Both the position numbers and the translations under genes were made by a program. Positions 10,965 through 19,910 of a stretch of 64,000 bases of DNA are shown here, piece after piece. The DNA is from a virus. Under the pieces are notes generated by a model. It searched no databases. It worked only from the letters and a program-made list of their open reading frames with translations, and was not told where the DNA came from. Every line of letters begins with the position of its first letter. Position 1 is the first letter of the stretch. The DNA is taken from positions 20,373 through 84,372 of IMG/VR virus record IMGVR_UViG_3300012984_000568; one strand, given 5' to 3'.

Positions 10965-11761
10965 CAGGAGTTTTTCTCCGCGTTCAGATCGAGGCCAGCG
11001 GCAAGGTCGGTGGTGAGCTTGTCCCAACCGGCAGCGTTGTACGCTTCTTGCTCGGCAAGGCGCTGCGCGAGCAACTCTTCGCGCGTCACCGGCGCTGGGA
11101 TCTCGTGCGGCGGCACCGCATCGCTAGGGTTCGTCTTGGCCAGCGGCAGCGGCCCGTCCGCGACGTTCTGATCGAGCAGCATCGGCTTGATCGCCCCACC
11201 GGGGCCGCCTGGATTGTACGGACCGACCGTGCGCTGCCAGATCGCGAACGGCCTGTCTCCTGGCGTCGCTGGCTTCGCTGCGTGCGTGTAGTGAGCGACC
11301 CAAAGCGGGCGAGCGAGAACCCACGCCGGCTTGCCGAGGCGGCCGAAGTCGCGCTGCGTGATGTAGATCATCACCTCGCCGAACTCGCTCAGCAGCCCAT
11401 CGCAAAACTGGCTTAGCTTCGGCTCCCACGACGGCTCGAGCTTCGCGGTCAGGTCGTCTTCGACGTCGATCGCCGGCGCGATGTCGCCCGCTCCGATTCC
11501 GCAGGTGATGGCCTGCGCGCAGAATGCGTCGAGCTGCTCGGTGACGCCCTGGGTTGACCGAAAAAAATGATAGAGCCCGACCTGGAGCCGGGCCGCCCGC
11601 GCGTTCTTGATGTGGGCCTGAGCGCTAGCGTCCTTCGATGAGCCGTAGGTTGCGCGCACGATTGCGAACTTGCTGGCCTGCGCGATGGTTGACCAGGAAA
11701 CGCCTGCGGGGGCGCTAGTGTTTTGGAAATGCGAAACGTCGACGCCGTAGATGCGGGGCAT
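10964..11761 (-). CDS. Endolysin, glycoside hydrolase family 25 (muramidase)
   Basis: GVDVSHFQ, IVRATYG, GLYHFF, AIDVED, LWVAHY and IWQ motifs of GH25. Confidence 0.9.
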   Translation of the reverse strand: MPRIYGVDVSHFQNTSAPAGVSWSTIAQASKFAIVRATYGSSKDASAQAHIKNARAARLQVGLYHFFRSTQGVTEQLDAFCAQAITCGIGAGDIAPAIDVEDDLTAKLEPSWEPKLSQFCDGLLSEFGEVMIYITQRDFGRLGKPAWVLARPLWVAHYTHAAKPATPGDRPFAIWQRTVGPYNPGGPGGAIKPMLLDQNVADGPLPLAKTNPSDAVPPHEIPAPVTREELLAQRLAEQEAYNAAGWDKLTTDLAAGLDLNAEKNS

Positions 11762-12063
11762 CACAGGTTTTCCCCACCAGGAACGAGCACGATGCCTTTG
11801 GCCGCACACTCGTCGGTAAGTCGGACCACTTCCGCGCCATTATTCGCGCCGTGGCGTTGAGCCTCGACGAGCGCGTTGTATTCGCGATGCAACCGGCGCG
11901 ACTCCTCGCCCATGCCGTCAGGGTAGTGAGACACGGCGGGCTGGGGAGGCGACCAGCCACTCAATTCTGCCGCAAGCGCATCGGCGAAGCGCTTGCGCTG
12001 ACCGGCAGGCGAATCTGGCACCCAACTTGCGGCCCAATCAATCAACGATTCACGCGTTAGCAT
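11761..12063 (-). CDS. Hypothetical protein
   Basis: ATG 12063 after GAGGG; TGATG coupling to the endolysin. Confidence 0.55.
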   Translation of the reverse strand: MLTRESLIDWAASWVPDSPAGQRKRFADALAAELSGWSPPQPAVSHYPDGMGEESRRLHREYNALVEAQRHGANNGAEVVRLTDECAAKGIVLVPGGENL

Positions 12064-12084
12064 CTTATTCTCGTCCCTCTCTCG

Positions 12085-12107
12085 AACGTCGCCCGCTCTG
12101 CGCGGCA
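12085..12107. repeat. Left copy of a perfect 23-bp inverted repeat
   Basis: AACGTCGCCCGCTCTGCGCGGCA is the exact reverse complement of 12442-12464. Confidence 0.95.
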
Positions 12108-12159
12108 TCGAAGTCACGGCCGTTGGCGCCTCATCGGTACCGACCGCGGCTCTCAGGAA

Positions 12160-12414
12160 TCAGACCTCGTCAGCCCAGCGCCAGCACCAGGCGCCCGCGG
12201 GATTCGAGCTCTTATGCACCACCGAAGTGAAGCGCTCGAGCTGTTGTCCATACGGGTCCGTTTTGGACTCGTCTCCCGACACGATCACGAGGTTGCACCC
12301 CGGAATCGTTCCGCCGCCGCAACCTGGCCAGACCTTGGTGACAAGGGCCGGATGGGCCTCACGGTGCGCGTCAATGTAGACGATGCTGTCGCCGATCTTG
12401 AGTTCTCGTTCCAT
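12160..12414 (-). CDS. Small SH3-like phage protein
   Basis: 84 aa; KIGDSIVY..PALVTKVW..NLVIV..TSVVH..W.W pattern of a small beta-rich phage family. Confidence 0.7.
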   Translation of the reverse strand: MERELKIGDSIVYIDAHREAHPALVTKVWPGCGGGTIPGCNLVIVSGDESKTDPYGQQLERFTSVVHKSSNPAGAWCWRWADEV

Positions 12415-12441
12415 TTCGATGCTCGCTTTCCGCGGCTGCTT

Positions 12442-12464
12442 TGCCGCGCAGAGCGGGCGACGTT
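12442..12464. repeat. Right copy of a perfect 23-bp inverted repeat
   Basis: TGCCGCGCAGAGCGGGCGACGTT; also the arm of a local hairpin 12421-12458 followed by T8 on the + strand. Confidence 0.95.
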
Positions 12465-12574
12465 TTTTTTCGCAACTGGGCGCGCGAGCGCCCGAACAGT
12501 TCCCGCCACGGCGCGCCAGCCGACCCGCACGCTGAACCGACCAGCGTCAGGGAACCGGCGGCGCCGTAGGCTGC

Positions 12575-12712
12575 TTATCCGCTCACGAAATCTCTAAACA
12601 TCTGCCGTGCCACACCGAGCGCGCCCTTGCTGAAGTAGTAGCCACACACACCGAGAGCGACGACGATTGCCGCCGCCTCGCAGGTGCGGACGAAGGCCTT
12701 GCTCGAGCGCAT
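12575..12712 (-). CDS. 45-aa single-TM protein (not in the ORF track)
   Basis: TGATG coupling at 12712; MRSSKAFVRTCEAAAIVVALGVCGYYFSKGALGVARQMFRDFVSG. Confidence 0.5.
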   Translation of the reverse strand: MRSSKAFVRTCEAAAIVVALGVCGYYFSKGALGVARQMFRDFVSG

Positions 12713-13407
12713 CACGCAATGACGCTGGCTCGGCGCATCGACTGCGGAATGCCGCGGCGCGCGAGGCGACTGCCGTTCGTCTTCTTGGGCTCAGCCGCAA
12801 AGCGCTGCTGCCAGCCCTTGCTCACGGCATGGAGGTCCAAATAGGCGAGGTAACCTCCAGTCAGGATTTGCAGCGGCTTGGTGACGGCGCCCGTGTAGCT
12901 CAGTGGTCCCGTCACGGGGACCGAGGGCATCCAGAACTTCGGCAGCACGAAGTCCGACACGTACACGCCGTCGATCGGGTACGCGAACGAGTCGTCCTCG
13001 CACGCGTCGCAGACCTCCGTCGCGTAGAGCTTTTGCCCCGACTCGTCGAGCAAGCAGGCGTTGATTTCGGGATCGGCCAGGAGCTCGAGCAGCTCGTGGC
13101 TGAACGTCACCGTCCAGTTTCCGCCGTTCTTGCGCGTGGTCTCGGCGAAGCAGTACCCGATCGGCGTGCCCGCCTTCGTGGTCTCGTGATAGCCAAGCGA
13201 CCCGGCGACGTCGGCGTTGTCGACCACGATCAGCTGCCAATCGTAGGCGCTCATCGGGGTGTCCTTCGCCGAGAAATGGCATTGCGCTTGGATGCCATAG
13301 GCCTTGCCGAAGTGGTGCTCGACCTGCTTGTTGCAGGCGTCGATCACGCGCTTCACGTCGGTGTCCGCAACCACGGTGGAGTGGTTTTTGACCTGTACCG
13401 CGATCAT
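12712..13407 (-). CDS. Putative zinc metallopeptidase
   Basis: GSLGYH..SHELLELLADP..EVCDACE (HExxE-type) motifs; ATGA coupling at 13404-13407. Confidence 0.6.
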   Translation of the reverse strand: MIAVQVKNHSTVVADTDVKRVIDACNKQVEHHFGKAYGIQAQCHFSAKDTPMSAYDWQLIVVDNADVAGSLGYHETTKAGTPIGYCFAETTRKNGGNWTVTFSHELLELLADPEINACLLDESGQKLYATEVCDACEDDSFAYPIDGVYVSDFVLPKFWMPSVPVTGPLSYTGAVTKPLQILTGGYLAYLDLHAVSKGWQQRFAAEPKKTNGSRLARRGIPQSMRRASVIA

Positions 13408-13724
13408 TTGCTCGCCTCCGTGCACCGGCTGTTCGCCAAACAATTCTTCGCGCCAGACAGGCACTTGACCTGCGCGGCGGTTAGCGTTTTGCACCACGCA
13501 TCCGGATCGGCCGCCTCGAAGCCGCAGCCGAGGCGCTTGGTGTTTTCGATCGCGTTGGCGCAGCTCGAGCCACCCGCCGCGGCGAACACCGTGCCGTCGA
13601 CTGACGGGTCATCTGCTGGCCAGCTGGGATCGGGGGTAGTCGGGTCCTTCGAGAGCGAACCGACGTTGCAGGAATTGCACGCGAGCGCGAGGGCTCCAAC
13701 CAGGAGCAAGGCGAGCCGGTTCAT
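13404..13724 (-). CDS. Cys-rich lipoprotein
   Basis: Signal MNRLALLLVGALALAC with lipobox; Cys-rich C-terminal domain. Confidence 0.7.
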   Translation of the reverse strand: MNRLALLLVGALALACNSCNVGSLSKDPTTPDPSWPADDPSVDGTVFAAAGGSSCANAIENTKRLGCGFEAADPDAWCKTLTAAQVKCLSGAKNCLANSRCTEASK

Positions 13725-14368
13725 TTGTACGCCGCCTCGATCTTGGCCAAGAAAGCCTTGCCGCGCGCGACTCCGATACCCTCGTCCGGGGTGATGCGTT
13801 CGCCCGGTTTCCGCGCTGCAATCCTCGCTGAGAGCTGCTCGACGACGGCTTTGACCGCGCACTCCACGAACGCGAGGCCTTCCGTCTTGCCGAGCGCCAG
13901 TAGGTCGTCTTCGTAGCTGCCGCCGCTCGACGTCAGAACCGACTCGACTTCGCTGAAGAGCGTATCGGGCGTCGGTGCGCACTCGCCAATCTTGGGCCAC
14001 ACCGAGCCGCCAGGGCCGAACAGGCTGCACCCGGGGAGACCGCAGGCGAGCATGAGCGTCAGAAGGAACATCGGCAACGGCGGGACGAACGGCTTCGCAG
14101 CCTTCAGCGGCGCGCTCGAGCGATTCGACGGCGCACCAGGGAGCAGCAATGCCGCCGAGACGATCACAGCCACCGCAAAGTCGGTCCACGTGGTTGCGCC
14201 CGTCAGCGTGGCCTGCAGTGACGCCACGAACGGCAGAATCGGCGGAAGCCACACCTGAACGACAGCGGGGAGCTTTCCCCAAAAGGGCTTGGTGGCGGAG
14301 AAAATGCGGGTGAATTGGGCGAAGAACGCGAGCGAGATCGCGACGACTTGGGCGACGGTGAAGTGCAT
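13721..14368 (-). CDS. Holin-like multi-TM protein with C-terminal lipoprotein-like domain
   Basis: N-terminal hydrophobic segments, then a further hydrophobic stretch ending LMLACGLPGC; first gene of the lysis block. Confidence 0.55.
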   Translation of the reverse strand: MHFTVAQVVAISLAFFAQFTRIFSATKPFWGKLPAVVQVWLPPILPFVASLQATLTGATTWTDFAVAVIVSAALLLPGAPSNRSSAPLKAAKPFVPPLPMFLLTLMLACGLPGCSLFGPGGSVWPKIGECAPTPDTLFSEVESVLTSSGGSYEDDLLALGKTEGLAFVECAVKAVVEQLSARIAARKPGERITPDEGIGVARGKAFLAKIEAAYK

Positions 14369-14392
14369 GAGTTCCCTCTTTCGTTGTGTGAA

Positions 14393-14485
14393 TCGCCGAG
14401 ACGCAGAAGACCGGCCTCAGTGCTCCGCCCAGTGGGAGGGTGGAACCAACCGGGCGGCAGAGGCCGTTCTTCTGCGTCTTGGTGG
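14393..14485. promoter_or_regulatory. Long imperfect intergenic hairpin (~90 nt)
   Basis: CCGAGACGCAGAAGA/TCTTCTGCGTCTTGG, CGGCCTC/GAGGCCG and CCGCCC/GGGCGG arms. Confidence 0.7.
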
Positions 14486-14487
14486 AG

Positions 14488-14847
14488 CTAGTTGTTGCCG
14501 ACGTAGAGTTCGAGCGTCTTGTCGCGGGTCGCGCCGTTGGATAGGAACCAACGGCTTCGGAGCAAGTAGCGCTTTGGATCGGGGCGCACGCCTGGCGTCA
14601 CGACCGGATTAGCGACACCACCGTCGACGCTGCACGTCGCCTTCCAAAACACGTCGAACGTCACCACGACGAGGCCGAGCGTGAACGCGGACGGAACCAC
14701 GGGAACATCCGCGTCATCAACCTCAGTGACCGTAACCGATGTGACCGTCACGCCCTCCGGAACGTCGCCGCCCCTGAACGTGATGGCGACGCGATCGTCC
14801 GGGTCTTTGACGCCTGGAAACCTGGGGAGTTTTGCGCTTGCGCTCAT
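14488..14847 (-). CDS. Fibre-tail adaptor-like protein
   Basis: KDPDD..I.F N-terminal motif and beta-sandwich pattern ending TRDKTLELYV; ATGA coupled to the upstream fibre gene. Confidence 0.55.
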   Translation of the reverse strand: MSASAKLPRFPGVKDPDDRVAITFRGGDVPEGVTVTSVTVTEVDDADVPVVPSAFTLGLVVVTFDVFWKATCSVDGGVANPVVTPGVRPDPKRYLLRSRWFLSNGATRDKTLELYVGNN

Positions 14848-17800
14848 TTCAAAACCAGGAGCGGTGAGGTGAACGGAGCATCGCCGAGATCGAACAGCGG
14901 AGAGCAGAACAGCAGCGACGCCACCGGCGCCCCGCTTGGGTCGAACGTCTTGGACGCGCCTGAGCGCTCGAGCGAGCGCACGCTGGTGCACGCCGTGAGC
15001 GCCGTGGTCGTGGTTGCTCCCGAGCTCGCCAGCGAACGAGTGACGCTTGGCGCCGAAATCGACCCTGAGAAATCCACCGACGCGCTCGACACTGCCATGC
15101 TGCGCGATGGGCTGCAGACGGTGCCTAGCGCAACCTGGGCGGCGCTTGAGCGTGCCAGCGAGCGGCTAGCGGAGGGGGAGCTCGTCGACAGCGTCGTGTC
15201 GACCGAAGCCCCCGAGCTCGCCAGGCTGCGGCTGCTCGAGCAGACAAGGGCAGCCGCGGCCACTGCGGCGCACGAGCTGCCGAGTCCGCGGGAAGCAGCG
15301 CAGACGGCGCCCACGGTGAGCACAGGAGCGCTCGAGCGGGCGAGAGAACGCGTCGTCGACGGGGCCGACGTCGAACCGGTGGTGTCGACCGAGGCCCCAC
15401 TGGTCGCCAGGCTCCGCGTGCTTGAGCAAACCGTCCCCGTGTCGCTCACCGTCGCACCGGAGCGCGCGAGTGAGCGTGAGGCGGACGGCACCGAGACCGA
15501 GCCCGTTGAGTCGACGGATGCCCCAGAGCTGGCCTGGGACCGGACCGCCGAGCATGCCGCGAGGAGCAAGGCTGCGGCGGCCCCGCTCGAGCTCAGCGAT
15601 CGGGACAGGCCCGGCGCGACCGTCGGTGACTCCAGAGGGGCGCCCGACTTGGCGAGCGAGCGGATTGGCTGCCCCAGGGCGCTTGGGTTAGGGCTTACCG
15701 CGCCGCTATTGGCCGCGCTGCGCGTTGCCGCCGGCGCGTCGCCCGTCGTGTCAACCGCAGCTCCCGACGTCGCCAGCGAGCGCGTGGTGCTCGGAACCGA
15801 GGCCGTAGCCGTCGAGTCCACGGAAGCCCCCGAGTTCGCGAGGGAGCGACTCGGCTGCGCAGCGGCGCCGGCGGTGGTCTGAGTCGCCCCTGACGTTGCC
15901 TGCGAGCGCGCTGGGGTGGCAGCAATGACGGCTGACGAGAGAGTCGCGCCAGAAACGCAGTCGCCCGGCCCACCAATCGAGATCGAAACCGCGGTGACGC
16001 TGGAAGCGCACGGGGAGAGCGGAGACCGAGATGGCGACGAAATATCGCTGGCGACGCATACCGCAGCGAACGCGCGGGCAGCGCTTCGGGTCGCGCTCGG
16101 CGCGCTCACTGAGCCGGTGCTATCGACAGACGCGCCAGATCGCGCCTGGGTGCGAGCAATAGCGGGAGCTGCGGTGACGTAGGTCTGCGTTGCCCCGGAC
16201 CGGGCCTGCGACCGGCTCGTGGACGGAGCGCTCGCGCTCGTTCCAGTCGCGCGCATCCTGAGCACCACGCCAGGCCCGCGCGCGTTGGTAGTCGTACCGC
16301 CCGTCGTAGCCGTGAAGACCGGCGCCGCCGAACTCGTGCCGCTCAGCGCCTTCGCTGAAGCAATAAACCCGGCGATCTGATTGCCAGTCGCGGTGGTTGG
16401 TTCCGCCAGCTCCGTGACCGAGCTGTAGGTGATTCCCGTCGTGGTGACGGCTTCGGCTGAGTAGGTCGCTGCGTTCGACGCACCGTTAAATGCCAGCAGC
16501 ACAACGTCGCCAGCAACTTCTCCAGGATCACTTCCAGCCGTGATCGATACGTTGCCGGAGGTAGTGTCGCTTCCAGTTGCGCTCGCATAAGAGATCGTCG
16601 AACCAGCAATCGGACGCAGCAGAACGAACGTTGCAGAGCAAACGTTGTTCGTCCCGACCGTGACAGATAGCGTCCCGCTCTCGCTTCCAGTTGCAGGGGT
16701 CGTCTTGCGATAGACGAACGTATTCGTGTTGCCCGTGCCCGAGCCGAGCGTTGTCGAGTAGCCGCCCGCGCCCGTGAGCGAGTCGATCAGTGTATAGCCG
16801 GTCGGTGTCGTAACCGTGCCGCTATTCGCTGTGCTCGGCTTCTGCGCGACAATCAGGATGATCTCATCGCCGGCCTGGATGGTCGGCAACGTCGAATAGC
16901 TAGGCGCGACGCTGGTACCGCCGCTCGTCGAATAGACGGGCGTGTTCGCGCCTAGGTTGCGCGTTCCGACGTAGACGAGCGCAGGCGAACTCGTGGTCGT
17001 TCCAGCATTCGTGCCGCCAGTCTCAGTGACCGCGCACGTATAGCTTCCGAGATCGTCAGTGTACGCAAGCGCAGCAGTCGTGTAGCTCGAAGTAGTGCCA
17101 CCGCTACCCGTGCTGACGTTGGTGCCGTTGATCTTCCACTGGTAGGAGAGAGTGCCGCCGCCAGATGCCGTCGCGGTGACCGAGAACGAAGCCGTCGCTC
17201 CGCTTGCAACCTGAGTCGACGCCGGCTGACCTGTGATGTTCGGGCCGACGCTGCCGGGAATCAGCGCAATCGCAGTCGCTGACCACGCAGCGGCACTCGG
17301 CCCACCCGTCGAGATCGAGACCGAGCCACCAGACGAAAAGCCATCGAGTGTCGCGACGTCGGGAAATGCGCTGCTTTTTACATAGCTCGAGTTTGTGCCG
17401 CAGCTGCCCGCTGTCTGAGTAGAGCCGTCGTTGGCGTTGACGAGCAGAACGCAAACATCGCCGGAGGTCGTGCCGGTTAGCGATACCGACGGTGCCGAGG
17501 CGGTGCCGGAACTCTGATTCTGGACGCGCAACCCGCTGCACGCAGGCAGCTCGACGATCGACATCGTGATGCCGTCGCCGCCTGAGATTGCCGCCGATGT
17601 GACAGTGTTGGCGCCAGCCGCAATGCCGAGCGCGTAGAAAATCCTAACCCACTTGAGGGTGCTTGGATCCTGAAAGGCGGTTGTCGCCGTGTACGAATTG
17701 CCGCGCGTGTCGCTGACCGATACGGGCGAATTGTCAGTTGACCACACGCATGCCGCGATCGTGTTGCCTGCGGTGTTGGCTGAACCGAATGCGACGGGGT

Positions 17801-17855
17801 TCGCTACCCCGCCGAAAACAACAGCGGAGGCCGATTGGATTGCGGGATCTGCCAT
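14844..17855 (-). CDS. Large S/T/A-rich fibre or adhesin-like virion protein with Ig domain and repeat shaft
   Basis: Ig-like segment (PNITGQP..SYQWK..SYTCAVT) between beta-rich domains; about 21 repeats of R-S-x-A-x-S-G-A at 20-22 aa spacing. Confidence 0.7.
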   Translation of the reverse strand: MADPAIQSASAVVFGGVANPVAFGSANTAGNTIAACVWSTDNSPVSVSDTRGNSYTATTAFQDPSTLKWVRIFYALGIAAGANTVTSAAISGGDGITMSIVELPACSGLRVQNQSSGTASAPSVSLTGTTSGDVCVLLVNANDGSTQTAGSCGTNSSYVKSSAFPDVATLDGFSSGGSVSISTGGPSAAAWSATAIALIPGSVGPNITGQPASTQVASGATASFSVTATASGGGTLSYQWKINGTNVSTGSGGTTSSYTTAALAYTDDLGSYTCAVTETGGTNAGTTTSSPALVYVGTRNLGANTPVYSTSGGTSVAPSYSTLPTIQAGDEIILIVAQKPSTANSGTVTTPTGYTLIDSLTGAGGYSTTLGSGTGNTNTFVYRKTTPATGSESGTLSVTVGTNNVCSATFVLLRPIAGSTISYASATGSDTTSGNVSITAGSDPGEVAGDVVLLAFNGASNAATYSAEAVTTTGITYSSVTELAEPTTATGNQIAGFIASAKALSGTSSAAPVFTATTGGTTTNARGPGVVLRMRATGTSASAPSTSRSQARSGATQTYVTAAPAIARTQARSGASVDSTGSVSAPSATRSAARAFAAVCVASDISSPSRSPLSPCASSVTAVSISIGGPGDCVSGATLSSAVIAATPARSQATSGATQTTAGAAAQPSRSLANSGASVDSTATASVPSTTRSLATSGAAVDTTGDAPAATRSAANSGAVSPNPSALGQPIRSLAKSGAPLESPTVAPGLSRSLSSSGAAAALLLAACSAVRSQASSGASVDSTGSVSVPSASRSLARSGATVSDTGTVCSSTRSLATSGASVDTTGSTSAPSTTRSLARSSAPVLTVGAVCAASRGLGSSCAAVAAAALVCSSSRSLASSGASVDTTLSTSSPSASRSLARSSAAQVALGTVCSPSRSMAVSSASVDFSGSISAPSVTRSLASSGATTTTALTACTSVRSLERSGASKTFDPSGAPVASLLFCSPLFDLGDAPFTSPLLVLK

Positions 17856-17858
17856 TGC

Positions 17859-19034
17859 TCAAAACAATCGCTTGCGGAACAGCCCAGCGGTCCAACCAGA
17901 CCAATAAAGAATCCCGTCCTGGCTGATCATGTTTACGGGGCCGTCGCCCGTGGAGAGATCCGTCAGTTCAGTCCAGCTCGTCGGATTTGAGACCGGCGCC
18001 CGCCAAAGCTGATCCATGTAGTCGAACGATCGCCAGGTGCGCCCCGTGTAGATGTAGCCATCTCCGCCATTGCACACGCCGGTGTAGATGCCACTCGGCA
18101 AAGCCGACAACGCCGCCCACGTAAGCCCATTGTCGCTCGAGATGATCGGTTGCCCGCCTGCGCCCGCAATCAACCGACCATCGGGCAGGTACATAATGTG
18201 CTGGCCGACGTGAACCGCACTGAAAGCGCTGGTCACTTGCGTCCACGAGCTGCCGGCATTGGTCGTCCGCCAAATCCCGCTCCCGTCAGTGCCGACGAGC
18301 CACGTGTTTGCGTTGCCCTGTCCTGTTGCTGGATCGTAGAGAAACGCAGGGGGCTGCGTTCCGCCAGGCCATCCAGCGGGTGGGTTGTGGGCGGTCCACG
18401 TGCTCCCACCGTCAGTCGTCTCTAGGATCCCGCTCGTAGAGAACCCTGTCCAGGGTGAATGTCCTCCGACAATCACATGATTGAAGTCAGTCGGATCGAC
18501 AGAAAACGACGTGACGTCCTGAGAGCCAACCGTGCTCGAAATAGACACGTAGCCCGCTGGCTTAAACCAGTTCGCGCCGCCGTCAGTTGTTTTCCAGAAC
18601 CCAAAAACATCCGCAGTTTCACTGCGGACACCGACAGTCAGATAGCCGAGCAGCGGATTCGTTGGGTGCCACCGGAGCTGATTCGGTGAATCGAAATACG
18701 TTGTGTTGTTGGTACCATTGACCGGCGAGATCTGTCCGCCCGTCCACGTGGCTCCGTAGTCGGTAGATTTCCAGAGCCCTTTTTGGTCTACGCAACACCA
18801 GATCTCACCCGCGCGAGAAGGGTTCGCTACGACCCACACGACGCCATACGTAGCGGGGCTGGGCGGCACCATCGACCCGACGGGTGGGGTGATGTTGTTC
18901 CAAACATTGAGCGGCAATCCGGGCAAGCTCGAAACGCTTGCGCCGCTTCTTGCCTGCGAGCGCGAAGCGCTGGGCGCGGTCGACAGCACGCATACAGCGG
19001 CCGCCGCGCGCCCTATCCCTCGTTGTACCGGCAC
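17859..19034 (-). CDS. BNR/Asp-box beta-propeller (sialidase/GH74-like fold) receptor-binding protein
   Basis: Repeated S/T-T-D-G-G-x-x-W Asp-boxes (KSTDYGATW, KTTDGGANW, ETTDGGSTW, SSDNGLTW). Confidence 0.75.
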   Translation of the reverse strand: MPVQRGIGRAAAAVCVLSTAPSASRSQARSGASVSSLPGLPLNVWNNITPPVGSMVPPSPATYGVVWVVANPSRAGEIWCCVDQKGLWKSTDYGATWTGGQISPVNGTNNTTYFDSPNQLRWHPTNPLLGYLTVGVRSETADVFGFWKTTDGGANWFKPAGYVSISSTVGSQDVTSFSVDPTDFNHVIVGGHSPWTGFSTSGILETTDGGSTWTAHNPPAGWPGGTQPPAFLYDPATGQGNANTWLVGTDGSGIWRTTNAGSSWTQVTSAFSAVHVGQHIMYLPDGRLIAGAGGQPIISSDNGLTWAALSALPSGIYTGVCNGGDGYIYTGRTWRSFDYMDQLWRAPVSNPTSWTELTDLSTGDGPVNMISQDGILYWSGWTAGLFRKRLF

Positions 19035-19040
19035 AAAGCC

Positions 19041-19910
19041 TCAGATCGTACCGATGCCCGCCGAAATATCGTGATTGAACGTGCCGGACGAAGCCGTGAT
19101 TGGCAGGCCGCTATTCGTGGTCTGCGCGTCGCCGTGGTGCCCCGCCACGATGCCCGCCGAGAGGGCGTTGACCGAGATGCTGCGTGCGCCAAGCGCTGCC
19201 AAGGCGCTCAATGTCACAGTGACGCCGTTGGTCATCTGAATCACCGTTCCGGAAGGCAGCGGGCCCTCGAGTGGTTCGACCCACAACGTGGTGTCGCTCG
19301 TGCTCGCATCCTTCACGCAGCGGACCAAGGTGCGGCCGTCGCAGAAGTGGACCAGGCGCGAGGACGCTGCGGTGTTGCTGATGTTGTCGACCAACACCAT
19401 GCCGTGCACGGTATCGTTCAACGTGATGCCAGTAACGTTTGCCGCGCCAATCGTGCCGTTTACGTTCGTCTTGCTCGAGAGCAATGCCGCAGAGGCGAAA
19501 GCGGGAGCTCCCGTGCACAGCGCGCCGTCGACCTTGTCGTAGGTATCGGCGGCGGTGAGGTTGATCGCGCAACCACCGCTCGAATACGTGCCTGTGCCAA
19601 CGACGTTTTGGCCGTCGAGCGTGGTCAGCTGGTAGGTGTTCGTGGTGACGCCGGCGACCTTGAAAGTACCGTTGGCGTTCAGCATGCCAGCGACCCCGCG
19701 CTGCACGATGATGTCACCATTCGAAAAGCCGTGAGAGTTGCTGGTGACGACAGCGGGCGTAGCAGTCGTGATGCCGGTGATCGCTTTGATGCACGTGTCC
19801 GTCAGCGTGCCGTCGAGCTTGAGCGGCATGAAACAGAAGTTGTGTGCATCCCAGTCGATGTCCGCAGCAACGAATCCCTGGCGGCCCTTATCGAAGAATC
19901 GGTTAGACAT
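19041..19910 (-). CDS. Virion structural protein with E1-FCCH-like beta domain
   Basis: ITGITTATPAVVTSNSHGFSNGD..GVAGM..NG motif; N-terminus NRFFDKGRQGF..DIDW is typical of phage structural proteins. Confidence 0.6.
   Translation of the reverse strand: MSNRFFDKGRQGFVAADIDWDAHNFCFMPLKLDGTLTDTCIKAITGITTATPAVVTSNSHGFSNGDIIVQRGVAGMLNANGTFKVAGVTTNTYQLTTLDGQNVVGTGTYSSGGCAINLTAADTYDKVDGALCTGAPAFASAALLSSKTNVNGTIGAANVTGITLNDTVHGMVLVDNISNTAASSRLVHFCDGRTLVRCVKDASTSDTTLWVEPLEGPLPSGTVIQMTNGVTVTLSALAALGARSISVNALSAGIVAGHHGDAQTTNSGLPITASSGTFNHDISAGIGTI

Noticed and set aside
12110-12150. Hammerhead-like CCGATGAG on the - strand
   Set aside because: The core deviates from CUGAUGA and the GAAA element is missing
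12085-12464. MITE or IS element defined by the 23-bp inverted repeats
   Set aside because: No target-site duplication, no transposase, and ends unlike typical IS termini
14950-16240. CRISPR array or DGR template/variable repeats
   Set aside because: Repeats are protein-level and degenerate at synonymous sites; no identical repeat-spacer pattern, no reverse transcriptase and no adenine-specific variant pair seen
19600-19800. Ubiquitin-activating enzyme suggested by the E1-FCCH-like motif
   Set aside because: Only the small beta domain is present, as is common in phage structural proteins; there is no ThiF adenylation domain, so it is not evidence of a ubiquitin system
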